From: Phoronis australis
Lineage: Eukaryota > Animalia > Phoronida
Direction: 5' to 3'
DNA length: 64,000 nucleotides
Assembly: GCA_002633005.1 (NCBI GenBank)
Contig: NMRA01000040.1
Location: 141,362 to 205,361 of the forward strand
Shown here: piece by piece, positions 26,504 through 39,680 of the stretch
Layout of the letters: the number at the start of each line of letters is the position of its first letter
Position numbering within the stretch: position 1 is the first letter of the stretch
Translations under genes and position numbers: made by a program
The notes under the pieces: generated by a model
Told to the model about the DNA's origin: nothing
What the model saw: the letters and a program-made list of their open reading frames with translations, nothing else
The model's database searches: none

Positions 26504-29304
26504 AGGTTCCAAAGATGGCACTGCGAGAGACACTAAATCATTCACAGACAAAGCGTGAAAGTTCATACACCTTGGAGCTAGAAAACAAGAAAACATTAAG
26601 ATCTTTTACTTCAGTTTATACCATCTTGGTTACAAACCCGGAAACATGAACCAAAACCATCGTTTTCCAAGACGGGCGATGGTTGTGGCTTCAGTGAAAT
26701 TTACACAAAGGTTCCCTACGCTTTATCTTAAAAATTCATGTCAAGGGGACAGTCCAAATGACCATAAGCCAACAACCAGATACTTTGAAGACTGTCTTCC
26801 CTATGTTTTACATAACCTTCAGAAATGGGCCAGAGGCTAAGGCAGATTTGAATGAATGATGAAGAAAACACATGTCATTGCCTTCCCCATAAGAAAGGAG
26901 CTAGTTGGAAGGCTTCAACTCTTTGACCTGTTTTACTGTCAGCACATATTAGAGGAAAGCAGAAAGAAAATTGCGGAAAATGCACCAAAACAGATTGTAA
27001 ATAAAAAAGTGTTTCCACAGTTCAAAGTACATCTCAGACTATTGAAATCTATATTTGAATATTTGATGTACTCAAGCAATGTTCTCCACAACCTGTTTCA
27101 ACTTGTCTCAGTAATGGGTTTGAATTTTCTCCCCACAGAGTTTGGATTGATAGTCAGTGATCAATCAATACTCTAGCAAATCAGGGACTTAACAAACCTT
27201 CCAGGTACGGACATGAACTTTCGAAAACATATAAGAAATCTAGTCAATTTTGAATATTTTATCGACTTGTGGAGAACACCGCACTGACATCACATCAGAT
27301 TCTGATCTAAACTCATATCAACAAGGCAAGAGTATATCGAAATATGAAAGATTCGTACAAGTTTCATTTCGAGAGGACAGCTATTTTCCAAGCAGACTTC
27401 CAGGCAAAGTAAAATACATGTGAAAATTACTCGTTTCTCCGATACTGTCCTTCACTATCAAAACTTTCAAAAAGAGAACAAGACCATAGACAGTATCTCA
27501 CCTGGCTAATTTCAGACAAAAATAATTGCCAAAAGGACATTTTTCAGTTTTCAAGGGCTTTTATCATAGTTGTGAATGCAAACAAGCTAACAATTTTTTC
27601 AAGATTCTGTCTGTTGGTAGCCTTAGTACTGAATAAAATGTGTCACTTATGCAAAAATGAGAAAATAATGTTTCTGCAGCTGTCAGCCATATTGTATATG
27701 TTACTGGTGAGATTTTCCCATAGTACTCAGCAACCAAGGGGGGGGGGAGTGTTCTGTATAGAAAGTGTCTTACAAAAGGGAAAATCATGCACTTATCCCC
27801 ATGCATTACAAGGGAAACACAGGATAGACCCAGCTGACAGTCAATCTGTTGGGAGGGGAGGACAAGGAATATGACCTTCACCTTCTTCAAGTGAATAATC
27901 TTTGAGTATTCAGGCAACTTACAATCAAGATTTTATGGTGTGGTTCAACTGCTTCTAATTGAAAACATATTTCCTGAATGTATGATTTAATTATGCAGGC
28001 ATCTCTTATGAAAGAACAACTTGAGACAAATGTACATTGCCACTTAAAAAGTTCCGGTATTTGTTATGCAACACCATTTAGAATGAATTTCACAATCATT
28101 GACTCGATATTAGATGAATTTCTGGTCTTTCCAATAAAAACCTAGGGAAGCTCTCGCTTTTCATTTGAATACGCAGTTCTTTTCAAGAAGCAAACCTTTT
28201 CAAGAAGCAAACCTTTTCGTTTGTATTCCTTTGTACGATTCACAAAATATGCAAAACTATTGCAGTTTTTCCACCTTAAATTTTAACTCCCACTTTTGAA
28301 ATCTAAGATGATTTCCTGCCTACCCAACAAGAAAAATGTGCAGCCCAGGAACTTGGGATGTAAAGCATTGGCAATTTAACTTGCTGTCTAGACAGTTGCA
28401 TAACAGTAAATGGATGAATAATACACTGTATCTTGCCCACATCATTGTTTATGTTAAAATGGTGTTGCATGTACTCTAACTAACACTATAGTGTCCCAAA
28501 AATGTACAGGGGGAATTTGTGATGTAACTTTTTGGCAATTAACCCCACACTTAAATCAGTTGTCTAGACACCGTTGCAGGGGACAGTGGCCAATGTTAAG
28601 CAACAACCCAGACACCTAATTAGGAGTAAATGAAAATTTTTAAAGCTCCAAAATTAGACACACCCAGAGGAGTTAGTGATCCTGCCTAACTTCTGAGCCA
28701 GTTATCTGGTCTCTTAACAGTATGAATTATTTTCCCCCTGAACCCTACTCTGTTCTCTTCATCTTTATCAGACGCATCAATTTCTGACTGGTTTTGAAAG
28801 ACAACTATTCAGTTGGTACGAAACTGTTTAAAGTTCTCAGAAATTTTACTTCTGATCCAACACCATGCCAGGCAACATGAGTTGGGAGGAGGCAGCCCTT
28901 CAAAAACTCTTCCTGTCATTGGTGATGCCACCGTACATGGTAACATTCATGCACTCTGCAGCAGGAGACAGAACTAAATTTTGTCAGGCATAGCTAAGGA
29001 CTTATGAAAAAAAAAACTACAGAATTTTAGTACCTTTAGGTAAATGTGTATTAGTACATGAAATTCAATGTCAATTCAAGACTTAATTGTTCTCAGGAAT
29101 GGTCCATGTGCTAGCCCTTACACACTGTCCGTCAGATCAGAGGCGTTTTGAAATATTGTTTTGCACCAAGAAATGCCGTCACAATATGAAATTTGAATTC
29201 AGTAAGAAACACGGTGTCAAAACTGTTATGTTTTATCTGGCTTTGTGGTGACAAATGTGGTGACAAAAAGTCAACAACATGGCACAGCAAGAACCTCTTG
29301 CCAT

Positions 29305-29545
29305 TCTGGGCTTGAAGGGGTAACTGGTAATTGTCCACATATTGGCTTAGAATTTAGGGGGTGGTGGTAAACCATGGGTGTAACACTATTGCCCTTTTGA
29401 AATTGACATGAAAGGTCAGAGAAAGCAGATCTTTGTGAGCCAGTGGGTCAGTCCTACAACTGTCCCAGTTGGACTGAGTAACTACACATACCTGAACAAA
29501 GGGTTTATGATCCTGGCTGAGAAGATTGTTTTATTAACCCCTGTG
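29305..29545 (-). repeat. Family R interspersed repeat
   Basis: Reverse-complement similarity to 39450-39680 and 1428-1672. Confidence 0.7.
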
Positions 29546-32424
29546 GAACCATGAATAGATGAGCCTGGAATGCAGTGTTTGGGTGATCAGAAACAAGGAA
29601 CCCAGAGCTAGAGGAGGTATGCTTATGAGAAGAGTGGGGTTTCACAAGTCAGATTCCCTATGAAACAATGCCTTTCCAATTTACATTTCTTTCAAAACGG
29701 CTCACTTTATCTGTCATAAAGCCTACAATAAAGCCCATTATTAAACAGAATGCTACGGAAGTCTCAATTGCTCAGAAATGTCTATTCAATTTTAATGAAG
29801 GACTCTGAGGGATTCCTCATGGGCACAGTCTTTCAATCTTCTTCCTTTGGGGAAGACTGTTAAACCTGTATAATCTTACGATTTCCTCCTGGCAGGTTAT
29901 GCGTCCATTGAGTAGAAGGATACGGAACCTTTGATAGGCACAGCAAATCTCTTTTAAGGAATATGTCTTAACTGCTGAGGAGTCATGCAGCCACAATTAA
30001 AACATTTCGAGCGTCACGTGGCCAGTGATAGTTTATTATAAGTTGTGTTGTGGCCCTACATAGACTCCTACCGAAAAGCAATATCTATCAAGACAGAAAA
30101 TCCTCTTAGAAACCAATGGTTCAGTAGGGTCTGGCAACGGACATTTGTTTTGTTTTTCTGGAGACGATGCTCCTGCATCTGTATGGAGGAGCATCTGTAG
30201 ATAATTTGAACACCCACTGTTTCACCTTATGCCTTGCAGCACCTGCAGGACACTGATATGTACGGTTCTAGAACAGAATGTACTTGCTCCTTACTTTGTG
30301 AGTAGACAGAAGCTACATTACCATCAATGCCAACATGAGCTTCGAACCTGTTGACATGGACAGTTCTTTTCAATCATCCGCACAGGGCCAGATGCAATTT
30401 TTTTTATTAGGGTTTTTGGTTTAAAGAGCATTGGATTTATGTTCCCACCAAAGTTATTTTTACTCCCTTATCAAACAGCTTTATGACTCAATTCCCTTCT
30501 TCATATATCGGTTTGACCGCGCTCATGGAAATCCTGACATATGCAATACATGAGCAGCCAGGAGAATTGGTTTTAAAGACAGTACCTGAAGAGGTGAAAA
30601 ACCTTGCCATAGACAATACCTGTCACTTTGCCCCCACCCCCACCTGATCACCATGTTCCTTGTTTTGTTTACCCACCCCATCAGACAACTGACACTCAAA
30701 TCAAAGTCAAATTACCTTCCCAAGATTAATAGCCAAGAAGGTACCCTCCCTATAGGACAGATTATCATGTACCTTTGTGAGCCTAATTCCCGAGGTCAAA
30801 TAAGAAACTGAAAATGTTCAAAGTCAGGACTAACAGTTTTGATATTTACAAAAAAATGATCACAAGATGCAAATTCTTCACACTTGATCCAATATTACAA
30901 TATTCCAGAGTTTCACACCCGCCAAAACATGATCAGGTTTACAAAAAAACTTTCCCAAAACTGGAGCCCAAGTACAGCTTCAAATGCATTAAAATACTCC
31001 GTATCATCAAAAACATACCATTAATCAGGGGTTCTTAGAGGACATTTAAAAATGAGGCATCCATAATTGGTTTCCCAATTTCACACGGTGTCCATGACCA
31101 ATGACGCATGCTGCAACTGCATTTTACTGCATCCTACACCCAATTCAAATTGCTTTAATGGTGAGGTATGTTGCCGTGGAGACATGGGTCTGCCATGAAC
31201 TTTAAGAATCTTACATCATATCTTTATTTCTCTTCTGGAGGGAGGGAACAAGCTAATGAGCTCTAAACTTAAGAGACATTGATGCTTACTAAATGCCTGA
31301 ACTTGTTGCAATACCTGATGACATTGTAGATGCCTGAGCTGTCAGTCAAGAAGTTAGCATGACAAAATATGCTGTTCCCCTTTTTCTGTAATCTAATTCC
31401 TGGAAATATGTCTCCGAAATTTTGATTTAAACAGGCAACTTAACGAGATTTCGAAAGCAGATGATAACCCACAGTGCAAAGTCAAGTCCTTCGAAAAGCA
31501 ACTGCAACTGACCAATCACAAAAGTGACGCTAAGGATATGTCTTATAGCTTGCATCTTGCATTCTCAAATATTTCTGTCACCTTTCTGCATTTTCTGCTT
31601 CTACCTCCACCAAACTGGTGCTTTGAAGCACTGACAATTACAAAGATATTTTTAGCTTTCATCTGATTATTTGAAAACAAATAAATGCTCACAATCTGTA
31701 ACATTTGAAAACCCTTAAAGTACATAGAATAAGAAAAATCTACAATAGTAATGGCAGCCCATGGCATATTAAAATTTGTTGTCAAGTCAAGCGATACCAC
31801 GGTCATCAGATTCATACATTGCTAGACAAGTGGTTGGCCAGACTAACAAACAGCAACTCCCACTAATTCAGGCTCTCTAGTCACAAGTCTGGTTGTATAT
31901 CAATCTATATAATAAAGCAAGACACTGCACGTTATCTACAACAATTTGTATTAAACCTATTAATCCTGCTATTCGACGTTGGACTAAAATGAATTTTCCC
32001 CATTTCCATTTTTTCATTGTTTAATTATTCCCATTCTTGTTCTTTACGAATTCTGACTGGGCTATCAGCCACCTGAGCTGATGCACAAAAAGAGAAGTGA
32101 GCTTTTTTCATCCACTGTATTTATTCTTTAACTAAAAAATATGGTTAATCCTAAATGTCCAAAGAAGTTGAAAATTGTATTGAATAGTAAAATTGTAAAA
32201 TATAGAGACACAAAGGTTTAAAGCACCCTGTAGTCTGGACATAATTACCATTTTAGTAACAGGTGGTAAATGTAGAGCCACATTGCATGCAATAATTGCA
32301 ATATGAACATTTAATGGTGAAGAACAATGCATGACCATGTAGAAATATCCATGGACCAGTAGACTTTTTGATAAACAAAATCTCAAGACATAGTAGTGGT
32401 CAAGTATGGAATAGAGTCTAAACA

Positions 32425-32456
32425 AGAAACAAAACAAAACAAAACAAAACAAAATA
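32425..32456 (+). repeat. (AAAAC)n microsatellite
   Basis: Seen directly. Confidence 0.85.
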
Positions 32457-32458
32457 AA

Positions 32459-33148
32459 GGCCCTTTTCCATAAAGTTAACTTTGCTTCATTCGAAGCTTC
32501 GACGTAAACTATGGATAACTGGAAGTTAAATGTTAGTGTTCCCATCGACTTCGGAGTTATAGTTCAGTGAAGTTTACACGAGGCGGCACTTATTTGACCT
32601 ATAGTCGTACACGGCCTAGCTATTTTTGACAGTGCTTGGTATCACAAATGGCAAGGACCTCTACCTCTCGCCAGATGAAAACTAGAACGCCAACTTCAAA
32701 AGGGGGCCAACTATTGCCATGTTGGGAAGATGATGATGTGCTAGAATTTGATATATTAAAAAATTTTTACTCTTGCACAAGCTAACAGCTGATCCAAATA
32801 AAGGTGGTATGGCGTGGTAGAAGCTTGTTTTGCGTACACTACGCCTTCAGTGATTTTTTTGATGTAAAGACTCCACCAAGTATGTGAATAAACTGATACC
32901 GTCAAAATAATTATTGGAACAAAATAGCAACAAATAAAAACCAGTCACTGCCCACTGATGGCAAACACAGGCAGTAACCCCTGTCAATAACTCTGATGGC
33001 ATCAAAGTTAAGTGTTCCCATTGTAGTGAAGCGTCGATGGTTCACTGTTAAAACCACCTCTTTACTTCAGAATTGACTTGCACTGTTAACTTCAAGACCG
33101 AAGCTTAGTGTTCCCATTGACAGTGGACAGGAGGTAGTGGGAAAGGCC
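32459..33148. mobile_element. Probable Harbinger-like MITE, degraded
   Basis: Imperfect TIRs GGCCCTTTTCCA / GTGGGAAAGGCC; internal AGTGTTCCCAT three times; related end at 63864 onward; no clear TSD. Confidence 0.55.
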
Positions 33149-34404
33149 TGGGCAAGCAGGACCATGGAAAATCAACAAGTAAAAATTGTTCAGTGATTTC
33201 AGGCGGTATGCTCTGTTACTAGTGAACTGTTCATCACATTCACTGCTTAATCTCATAACAAAACAATATCAATGATAATAACAAAAGCCTGAAATTTAAT
33301 TATGACTAAAAAATTATTGGTACGGTACCTAAGGCCATGGTCCTCAAGCACTAAAGCGTTAATAAAAGCGGTGAAATTAATAACCCATGTTACGTTGTTC
33401 TTGGTTTATTTTTGAATTGTTCACTCTACGTTTTCATGGAATGGTTTTTGCCACCAAATACTTTATCAAGTTAGACAGCGATTAAAATTTAGGTCGCGGA
33501 AGGCAAATAGAAAATACATGAGAAGTCTCACATCCCCAGAAATGATGGCCTCGTAGTCACATCTTCCCAAAACCCACTACTTCACCCAATTTACTGCCTC
33601 CTAAAGCTAATCAATAGTTAATTGAACGTCTTAATTTTTTAAGAGAACTTTCTCAATGTGCCATTTCCCATAAGCTTCGGTGCAATTCACTCTGTGCAAA
33701 ATGTCACAAGTATCTTTTACCACTGCTCAATGGATCAGTTGCTGTGAAATCACAAATTCCTAATTAATAATGAAATTCAAGCCAAGTTTCTTTCATCACA
33801 TAAGATTTAAGAGACTGCTCTTAGAATTTGATAATACAAAAAATACCCGGTGCTTACCCCACACTGCTACTATTTCACTTAAACGAACATTTAAAATGTC
33901 TGTACCTGATCGCACATGATAGCTTCTTTCACATTTTTGATGCATAAACATGTGGGAAAAGTTCATAAGTGTCTTTTTTTCTCAGACTATAGGAAGTAGT
34001 AAAAATCCTTTAACTTTAGGTTGCATTTGTAAAACTTAAATTTGGAGAACGGCTGGTGAGTGCGAATCCTGCTGAATCGTCACAGGATATGATATGGGGT
34101 TAAATTTTTTGAGCTCGTACTCTCCAAATCGGACTCGGACGAGACAAATGTAACATGTGCAAAATTCATGTCAACTGGAAAAAGAGCAACCTTCAACGGT
34201 GGTCAATTGACAAGAAAGCCAGGAATGATAAGTCAATAAAAGAATAGTTGTTAGAAAGTGTTGAATAACTAAACAACTGTAAGCCTTGGTAGCGAGACAC
34301 TGATGACACACCCCCCAAAAAAACTAGACAAGATCTATTTACATATTTAAGGTCAGAAAGATGTGTTAAAGAATGTAGGTGCTATGACTCTACAAAGAGA
34401 AAAT

Positions 34405-34610
34405 CAACATAATGGCCACCCCAGCGCCACCTTGCATCAGAGTTCCATCAAAAACAATAGGCTGCACAAATCTTGTATGTAAATTTCATGAAAGTTGGAC
34501 AGAATTGCGACCTTTTCTAGCACGTATGCAAATAAGTAAATAAAGAAAACAACAACAAAATTTATGTCAGAATAACATACCGGTACTTGGCAAAAAAATC
34601 CCCAAGAATG
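34405..34610 (+). mobile_element. HINE-like family B fragment
   Basis: tatgtaaatttcatgaaagttggacagaattgcgacc..tacttggcaaaa matches the reverse complement of 62943-63135. Confidence 0.6.
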
Positions 34611-35440
34611 AATAATGATCATATTACTAACAAAGATCCAGTAAGAGTAACAGGAACAGAGTAATTATCAGGCTCACAGACCTCCTGCTGCGTTAAGGGC
34701 TCTCAATGCCCCCGTTTTTGGGCACAAAAATTCCCCATTCAATGATTAAAAGTCCCCTTCAGTTTACTTTATAATTTTTAACTCACCCTGATGGCACTGA
34801 TGACAACTGAGAGGTGGGGTTGGGTGATAACAAAGCAAAATTCCTCTCCCAGAAGCCACAGGGGTCTTTCCCTTAGGTGTGTGAGAACTTTCAAATGACT
34901 AAGAAAAACCGTATTGTCAAAAGCAGATCAGCACTGGCTGAACTCAATCAGGAAAGGCTAGGCTTTTAATTTTGCAGTAGAACATATAACATGAACCTAT
35001 AACAAAAACAATACTTTTTCATATCAAAAGGTTTTCAAAGACCCAATAACAGTTGGGTATATATGAGATATATACCGTAAGCACAATATCTTTCTGCAAA
35101 AAAACATGGCCGCAGGTTTTATTTACCACGAGCAGCGGGGGTGCACGCCCACGGTTGGTACGAAAAAACATTAAAGTGAAACAGCAACTTCAATTTGACC
35201 CAAAAACTTTTCTACACTTTCCTATATTTTAACAATCGTTATTAGTGTTTTGGAAATCATTTTTGACAATGCGCAGCGAGCGTGAATTAATTGTCTTGTG
35301 TTACAATATATTAAAAAACAACCGTTTTGAAAAGAAAGGTGTTGTTGTCATACATAATGTTACAGTTTTCCGATGCAAATAAACATCAAATGCACAGTGG
35401 GATAGTTCTAAGAGAGCTCATTGAATAAAATGCAACTTAC

Positions 35441-35524
35441 CGCTGCAGACACCAGATCAACCAGACACAGCGCCAGTAAAGCTAAGCACACAACTTGCCG
35501 CCAGTGGACGGCTGATTGAGCCAT
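35441..35524 (-). CDS. COL4A1: Exon 1 coding part (84 nt): signal peptide MAQSAVHWRQVVCLALLALCLVDLVSAA
   Basis: AACATGG Kozak context, hydrophobic core, small residues at the cleavage site, gtaagt phase-0 donor that fits exon 2. Confidence 0.92.
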
Positions 35525-36867
35525 GTTTTGCAAGAGTTCTCAGGCAAGTCGCCTGCTCAGTGGTCCAAGCCGAGGGGATGTGCTTTCCACTAGCTTCCTC
35601 TCTCTCTTCCGAGATTCGTCTTCCTTGCCGATGAACCTCAGTCGCTATCTGTTAAGACCAACCTCACAGCTCGGACATCTTGAACTCCGGCACACATGTA
35701 AACTCATTCACAAGTGAACTTGAGAAGCTTCATAGAACCTCATCACAACTCCGCCGGACTACTTTCTGTGGGACAGCCTACGCTAAACCGCGGTAAAAAT
35801 AATTAAAACAAAATTTCAGCGTGCCTCAAGTTACGTTATGTGGATCTTAAATGACACTGAAAAACATACTTTCTACTTCGGAACTTGATATTTAATGAAA
35901 TCACTAAGCAAAATTGGTGACTAACAGCACTTGTTTCGCGAGCGCAGGAAGGAAATTCCACCAGCTGGACCGTCTGGAAGATTGAAACCACAAATCAGCT
36001 CTCGGTGTCATTCATATTATAACACCTCCCCAATAAGGTACCGGTGCAAATTAACAAGTCAATAGGGGCTTGGGAGAATTCAAACGCAAATTTTGCTCAC
36101 TTTTCACACACAGAAACAATAACCTGTCATTTTCTCATGTGGGCTCAGCCTTGAACACATAAAGGACTTAGGAAAGTGTGGTATCCTCCCATGACCATGT
36201 CATCAATGGAAAATTAACTTGACTTTATCTTAGCAAAAATTTCCTTTAAATAACAGTACCTTTTAGTCTTATTGCGTATTTTAGTGTAGAAATTTATTAA
36301 TTGTTGTACTAAACAGGCAAGATTTCAACTTTCAAATGCAACTCGGCCATTATTAGCGAAGTTAAATTTGTTAATGAAAGAAGTGAGTTCATAAGACATA
36401 TGTCCACAGACGAACTTGGGTTTTTACTGAATTATCCACTAAAACTTTATTCTGACACAATACATATATTTCTAACTAAAATTATCAAACCAACGCAACA
36501 AAGGGGGTGTTTTTGAATGCTACCTGTGAGTTAGACTTTGCATTTAGCACTGCTGCAAGCTGGATCAACTTTTCTTTTCTCCCAAAGTCGTAGCAGACGG
36601 AAAGCTTTGAAGTAAATGACAAGATCGCTCCGCCTACTGCAGTCGCGAGCAACTGAGACTCCAGATTCCTAGAACGTTCTGAAATCAGTGGCTGTTCGCC
36701 TGTCTGAAATTTACTGTGTCCTACACTGAGGTATTGCCTGGTGTATGTAGAACACAGCAGATAGAAAGACAGTGAAAAGGACGTCACAGATTGGCAGAAG
36801 GTCCCTAAGTGTGAACTGGGACGAATTCCTTGCCACGATCTGACCACTGCGGAGAAGCACGAGGGGA
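35525..36867. promoter_or_regulatory. Shared intergenic region: both 5' UTRs and a putative bidirectional promoter
   Basis: Lies between the divergent start codons, with CpG-richer flanks. Candidate TATAAT on the minus strand ~36016-36021, CCAAT ~36030, GC-box-like CTCCGCC ~36628, Inr-like TCAGT ~36686. Individual motifs are weak evidence. Confidence 0.7.
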
Positions 36868-36924
36868 ATGAAAACGCTCAAACTTTCACCAACCTTTCCA
36901 TTTAGGCGGAAAACACTCACAGAC

Positions 36925-36935
36925 ATGCGGTCATG
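36925..36935 (+). CDS. COL4A2: Probable collagen IV alpha2-type gene, first coding exon (ATG CGG TCA TG, phase 2); in-frame upstream ATG at 36868
   Basis: gtaagc donor at 36936; splices in frame to 37120. Identity inferred from head-to-head position and phase-2 split signal peptide. Confidence 0.7.
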
Positions 36936-37119
36936 GTAAGCGTATTTTCTACGTTAAGTGGACTTTATATTTTACAATGTTAAATGTACTTTCGCGCCAC
37001 GATCAAAATTATCGGCTGATCACGGACACCGCTCCGACGGGGCCGACGTGCACTGAATCGCGGTAAAGACAACGCGGCGTATCGTAGTATATACTAGTGA
37101 TTATTATTTTTTATTACAG

Positions 37120-37174
37120 GCTCTTTGTCCTGGTGGTGCTGTGTTTAACTTGCCTGCAGTTAGTGAAAGCTGAT
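37120..37174 (+). CDS. COL4A2: Probable collagen IV alpha2-type gene, second coding exon (55 nt): (W)LFVLVVLCLTCLQLVKAD
   Basis: Strong T-rich ttacag acceptor and gtaagt donor; completes signal peptide MRSWLFVLVVLCLTCLQLVKA|D. No collagenous sequence of this gene is in the window. Confidence 0.75.
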
Positions 37175-39449
37175 GTAAGTTTATTTTGCTTTGCCCATAC
37201 ATAAGTTAGTTTGCCAAGGTTCCGGTGTTCATAAAACACCGTTGGCCTGAAGACCAAGTCTCCGATCCGGGCCTCTGTCGGAATCGTGATGTGGCGGCCA
37301 CATTGATGTTGAAGTAAAATTGTGTAAACCATCTAACCGACTAAAAATTCACTAAATGGAAAAAATAAATTCAGCATAAAACAATTAATTCAGTCATCCT
37401 GTAGTCAAAAACCGATTCATTTTCACCTGTTTTATATTACACTCTGACAGTTTTAACTCCCGAGTTGGAAGTAATTAAATTCTCACATTCCTCACTTGTT
37501 CACGTCCTGGTAGCAGTCTATAAACATAAAATCAAGGGGTATTTTTGTCTGATTAAGTTCATGTCTTTTTAATTTCATTTCTACTGGTATCTGGTTATTT
37601 TTTCTGTATGTTGTGTGTTTGTAAGTATTGACATCAAAATCATGTATTAAGTACTAATTTTAGACGACGCAGAATCAAATCAGCACCTTTAATTAATATC
37701 AACGAATAACTGCATTAGGTATTTTTTATTGTTTCTATTTTTCATTTAATTGAATTTTGGTGATAAAATATTAGGAAAAAGTTTCTGTTATTGGTAGATG
37801 GGGTGTCCCAGGGACCTGACACCACGACAAAAATTGCCGTCGTGGCGTTTCCTTCAAAAACTGTCGTTTCCCCTACCCCTGGTGTTGTGATAGATCCGCC
37901 AGTGCTTATAAATTATGGCAAATCTCAACATTTTAAGTTCAAAATGCCAGGGCTGTAAACATGTTATAATTGAGATTATTGAAATATTTTGACTAAGTTG
38001 ACAGAAATAGCACCGTGTAGTGGTTACTTTCAAATTAAAACCTGTTAGTATTTCCTTTGAAATTTAAATTGTATTTATCGCACGTGTAGCAAATTCTTTT
38101 GAAATCTTTAAAGTGGTATTAAGGCCATTTTGAAGTTTTTTAATATGGTGCAGTAGAATAACAAATTTAACAATCTTTAAGCCACAGACCAAGCGTAGTT
38201 CACTAAAGCTACCGTAGCCTTGGTGGAAATATTTTGCTTTTTAATGTAATGCTGTATTGGTTTTTAAAGTATCACAGTCAATTTTAAGGCCAGCAATGAT
38301 GCACTGAAGTTAATAGCTTTGTCCCGAACTATAATACACCAAAATCCATTGTGTTTTTATAGTTATGTTACAAATCGCCAGTACTTGCCGTTGTCTGCCA
38401 GACATTTGCTGAAATAAGACCAGTGACTTTCCCCAAGTAAAGTACTGTGCCATTTATTGGGAGCAATTTAGCTTCACATTTAGCAGAGCATTATACTGAG
38501 AACTTGGGAATATCGTCACAGTAGTTTTTAACTCTTTTTATGCAAGCATGTTACTACTAAAATTGTTCAGTTGCAAAGCCACCAAAGTTTGGTGCTGGGA
38601 CATGGAGTTGCAGTAAGAACATGAAAAAATTGAATGGTGAAAGAAGTACATATTTGTGAATGTACTAACTGCTTGTTCTTTGTTTATTTGCCATTTTGAA
38701 AATGTGCTGCTGACAATAGGCACATGAATGAGGTACCTTGATGCAAAGCTTAGAAGAACTTCAGGGTCGTTGTTATTACTATGACTTCTTTTCTTTCTAA
38801 AGCCGTTGGTTGCCGTAGAAGAAGAAGACTCACATTCTGTGATAATCACATTTCTTACAGTAATTCAAGTCAACTGCAGTATATTAGTGACCTTCAGAGT
38901 CCCATGCCTTGTAACATTTAATTCAGTTTAGAGGTGCCTTGGGTTAACAGTGGGGGTATATGTCTGTTTGGGTATGGTTTGGTATGATGTATGGTTGAAT
39001 GGACTCAAATGGCTGATTCAGAAGCTTTCTACTGGGGACATCCTGAAATTGGACTCTGTGATTGTGCAATACATTATTGGCTGGATTTGGAAAGTAGGCG
39101 TGTCCTCATTATGAACTACCTGGGAGAAACTAAGGGTCTGTTTTTTTGAAAAAAGTATGAACGGTTCTACACTTATTTAGCATACTTATACGGCAGACAA
39201 GTAATATTTCGTTAAAAAATTAGTCAATATTAGCTTGCTTTTCATGGTGGAGGTGTCATAAAACAGTATTTGATAACACTACCATCGTTTGCAGCAAGGT
39301 AAACAGCTCTGGTAAAATAAAAAAATATATTTGTTTCAATTAAGTGAGGGAATTGCTGTAGTGTTATGAAAAAGTTTTGTGAAAAGTTGATATTGGTTCT
39401 CCTTATTGTGATTTCCTTTGAGGGGGCGAGGCTGTGCTCTGCAGAATCC

Positions 39450-39680
39450 ATAGGGGGTAATAAAACAATTATACCATAAACCCTTTGTTAAGCTGTGTTT
39501 ACTTACACAATCCAAGTGGGACAGTTGTATGACTAAGAGCAGGAACTGGTTTCAGTTCACCAACCTTGCATGTCAATTTCTAAAGGCCTATTGTGTGTGA
39601 AACCCTCACCCATGGTTTACAACCATCCCCAAAATTCTAAGCCACTATACAGACACAATATCTCTTCCAAGCCCAAAATG
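39450..39680 (+). repeat. Family R interspersed repeat
   Basis: Similar to 1428-1672. Confidence 0.7.

Larger units (their letters stand above)
1..35524 (-). other. COL4A1: Type IV collagen alpha1-type gene, 5' part (17 coding exons, 587 aa; continues beyond left edge)
   Basis: Manually spliced exons all have GT-AG boundaries and compatible phases. Protein shows signal peptide, CxxC..CxC 7S start, GCNGSK, GSMGLGFEGPKG (cf. vertebrate alpha1(IV) GQMGLSFQGPKG) and interrupted Gly-X-Y. Confidence 0.93.

Noticed and set aside
36027-36038. Possible CArG (SRF) box CCCAATAAGG in the promoter
   Set aside because: Does not fit CC(A/T)6GG exactly, and there is no other support
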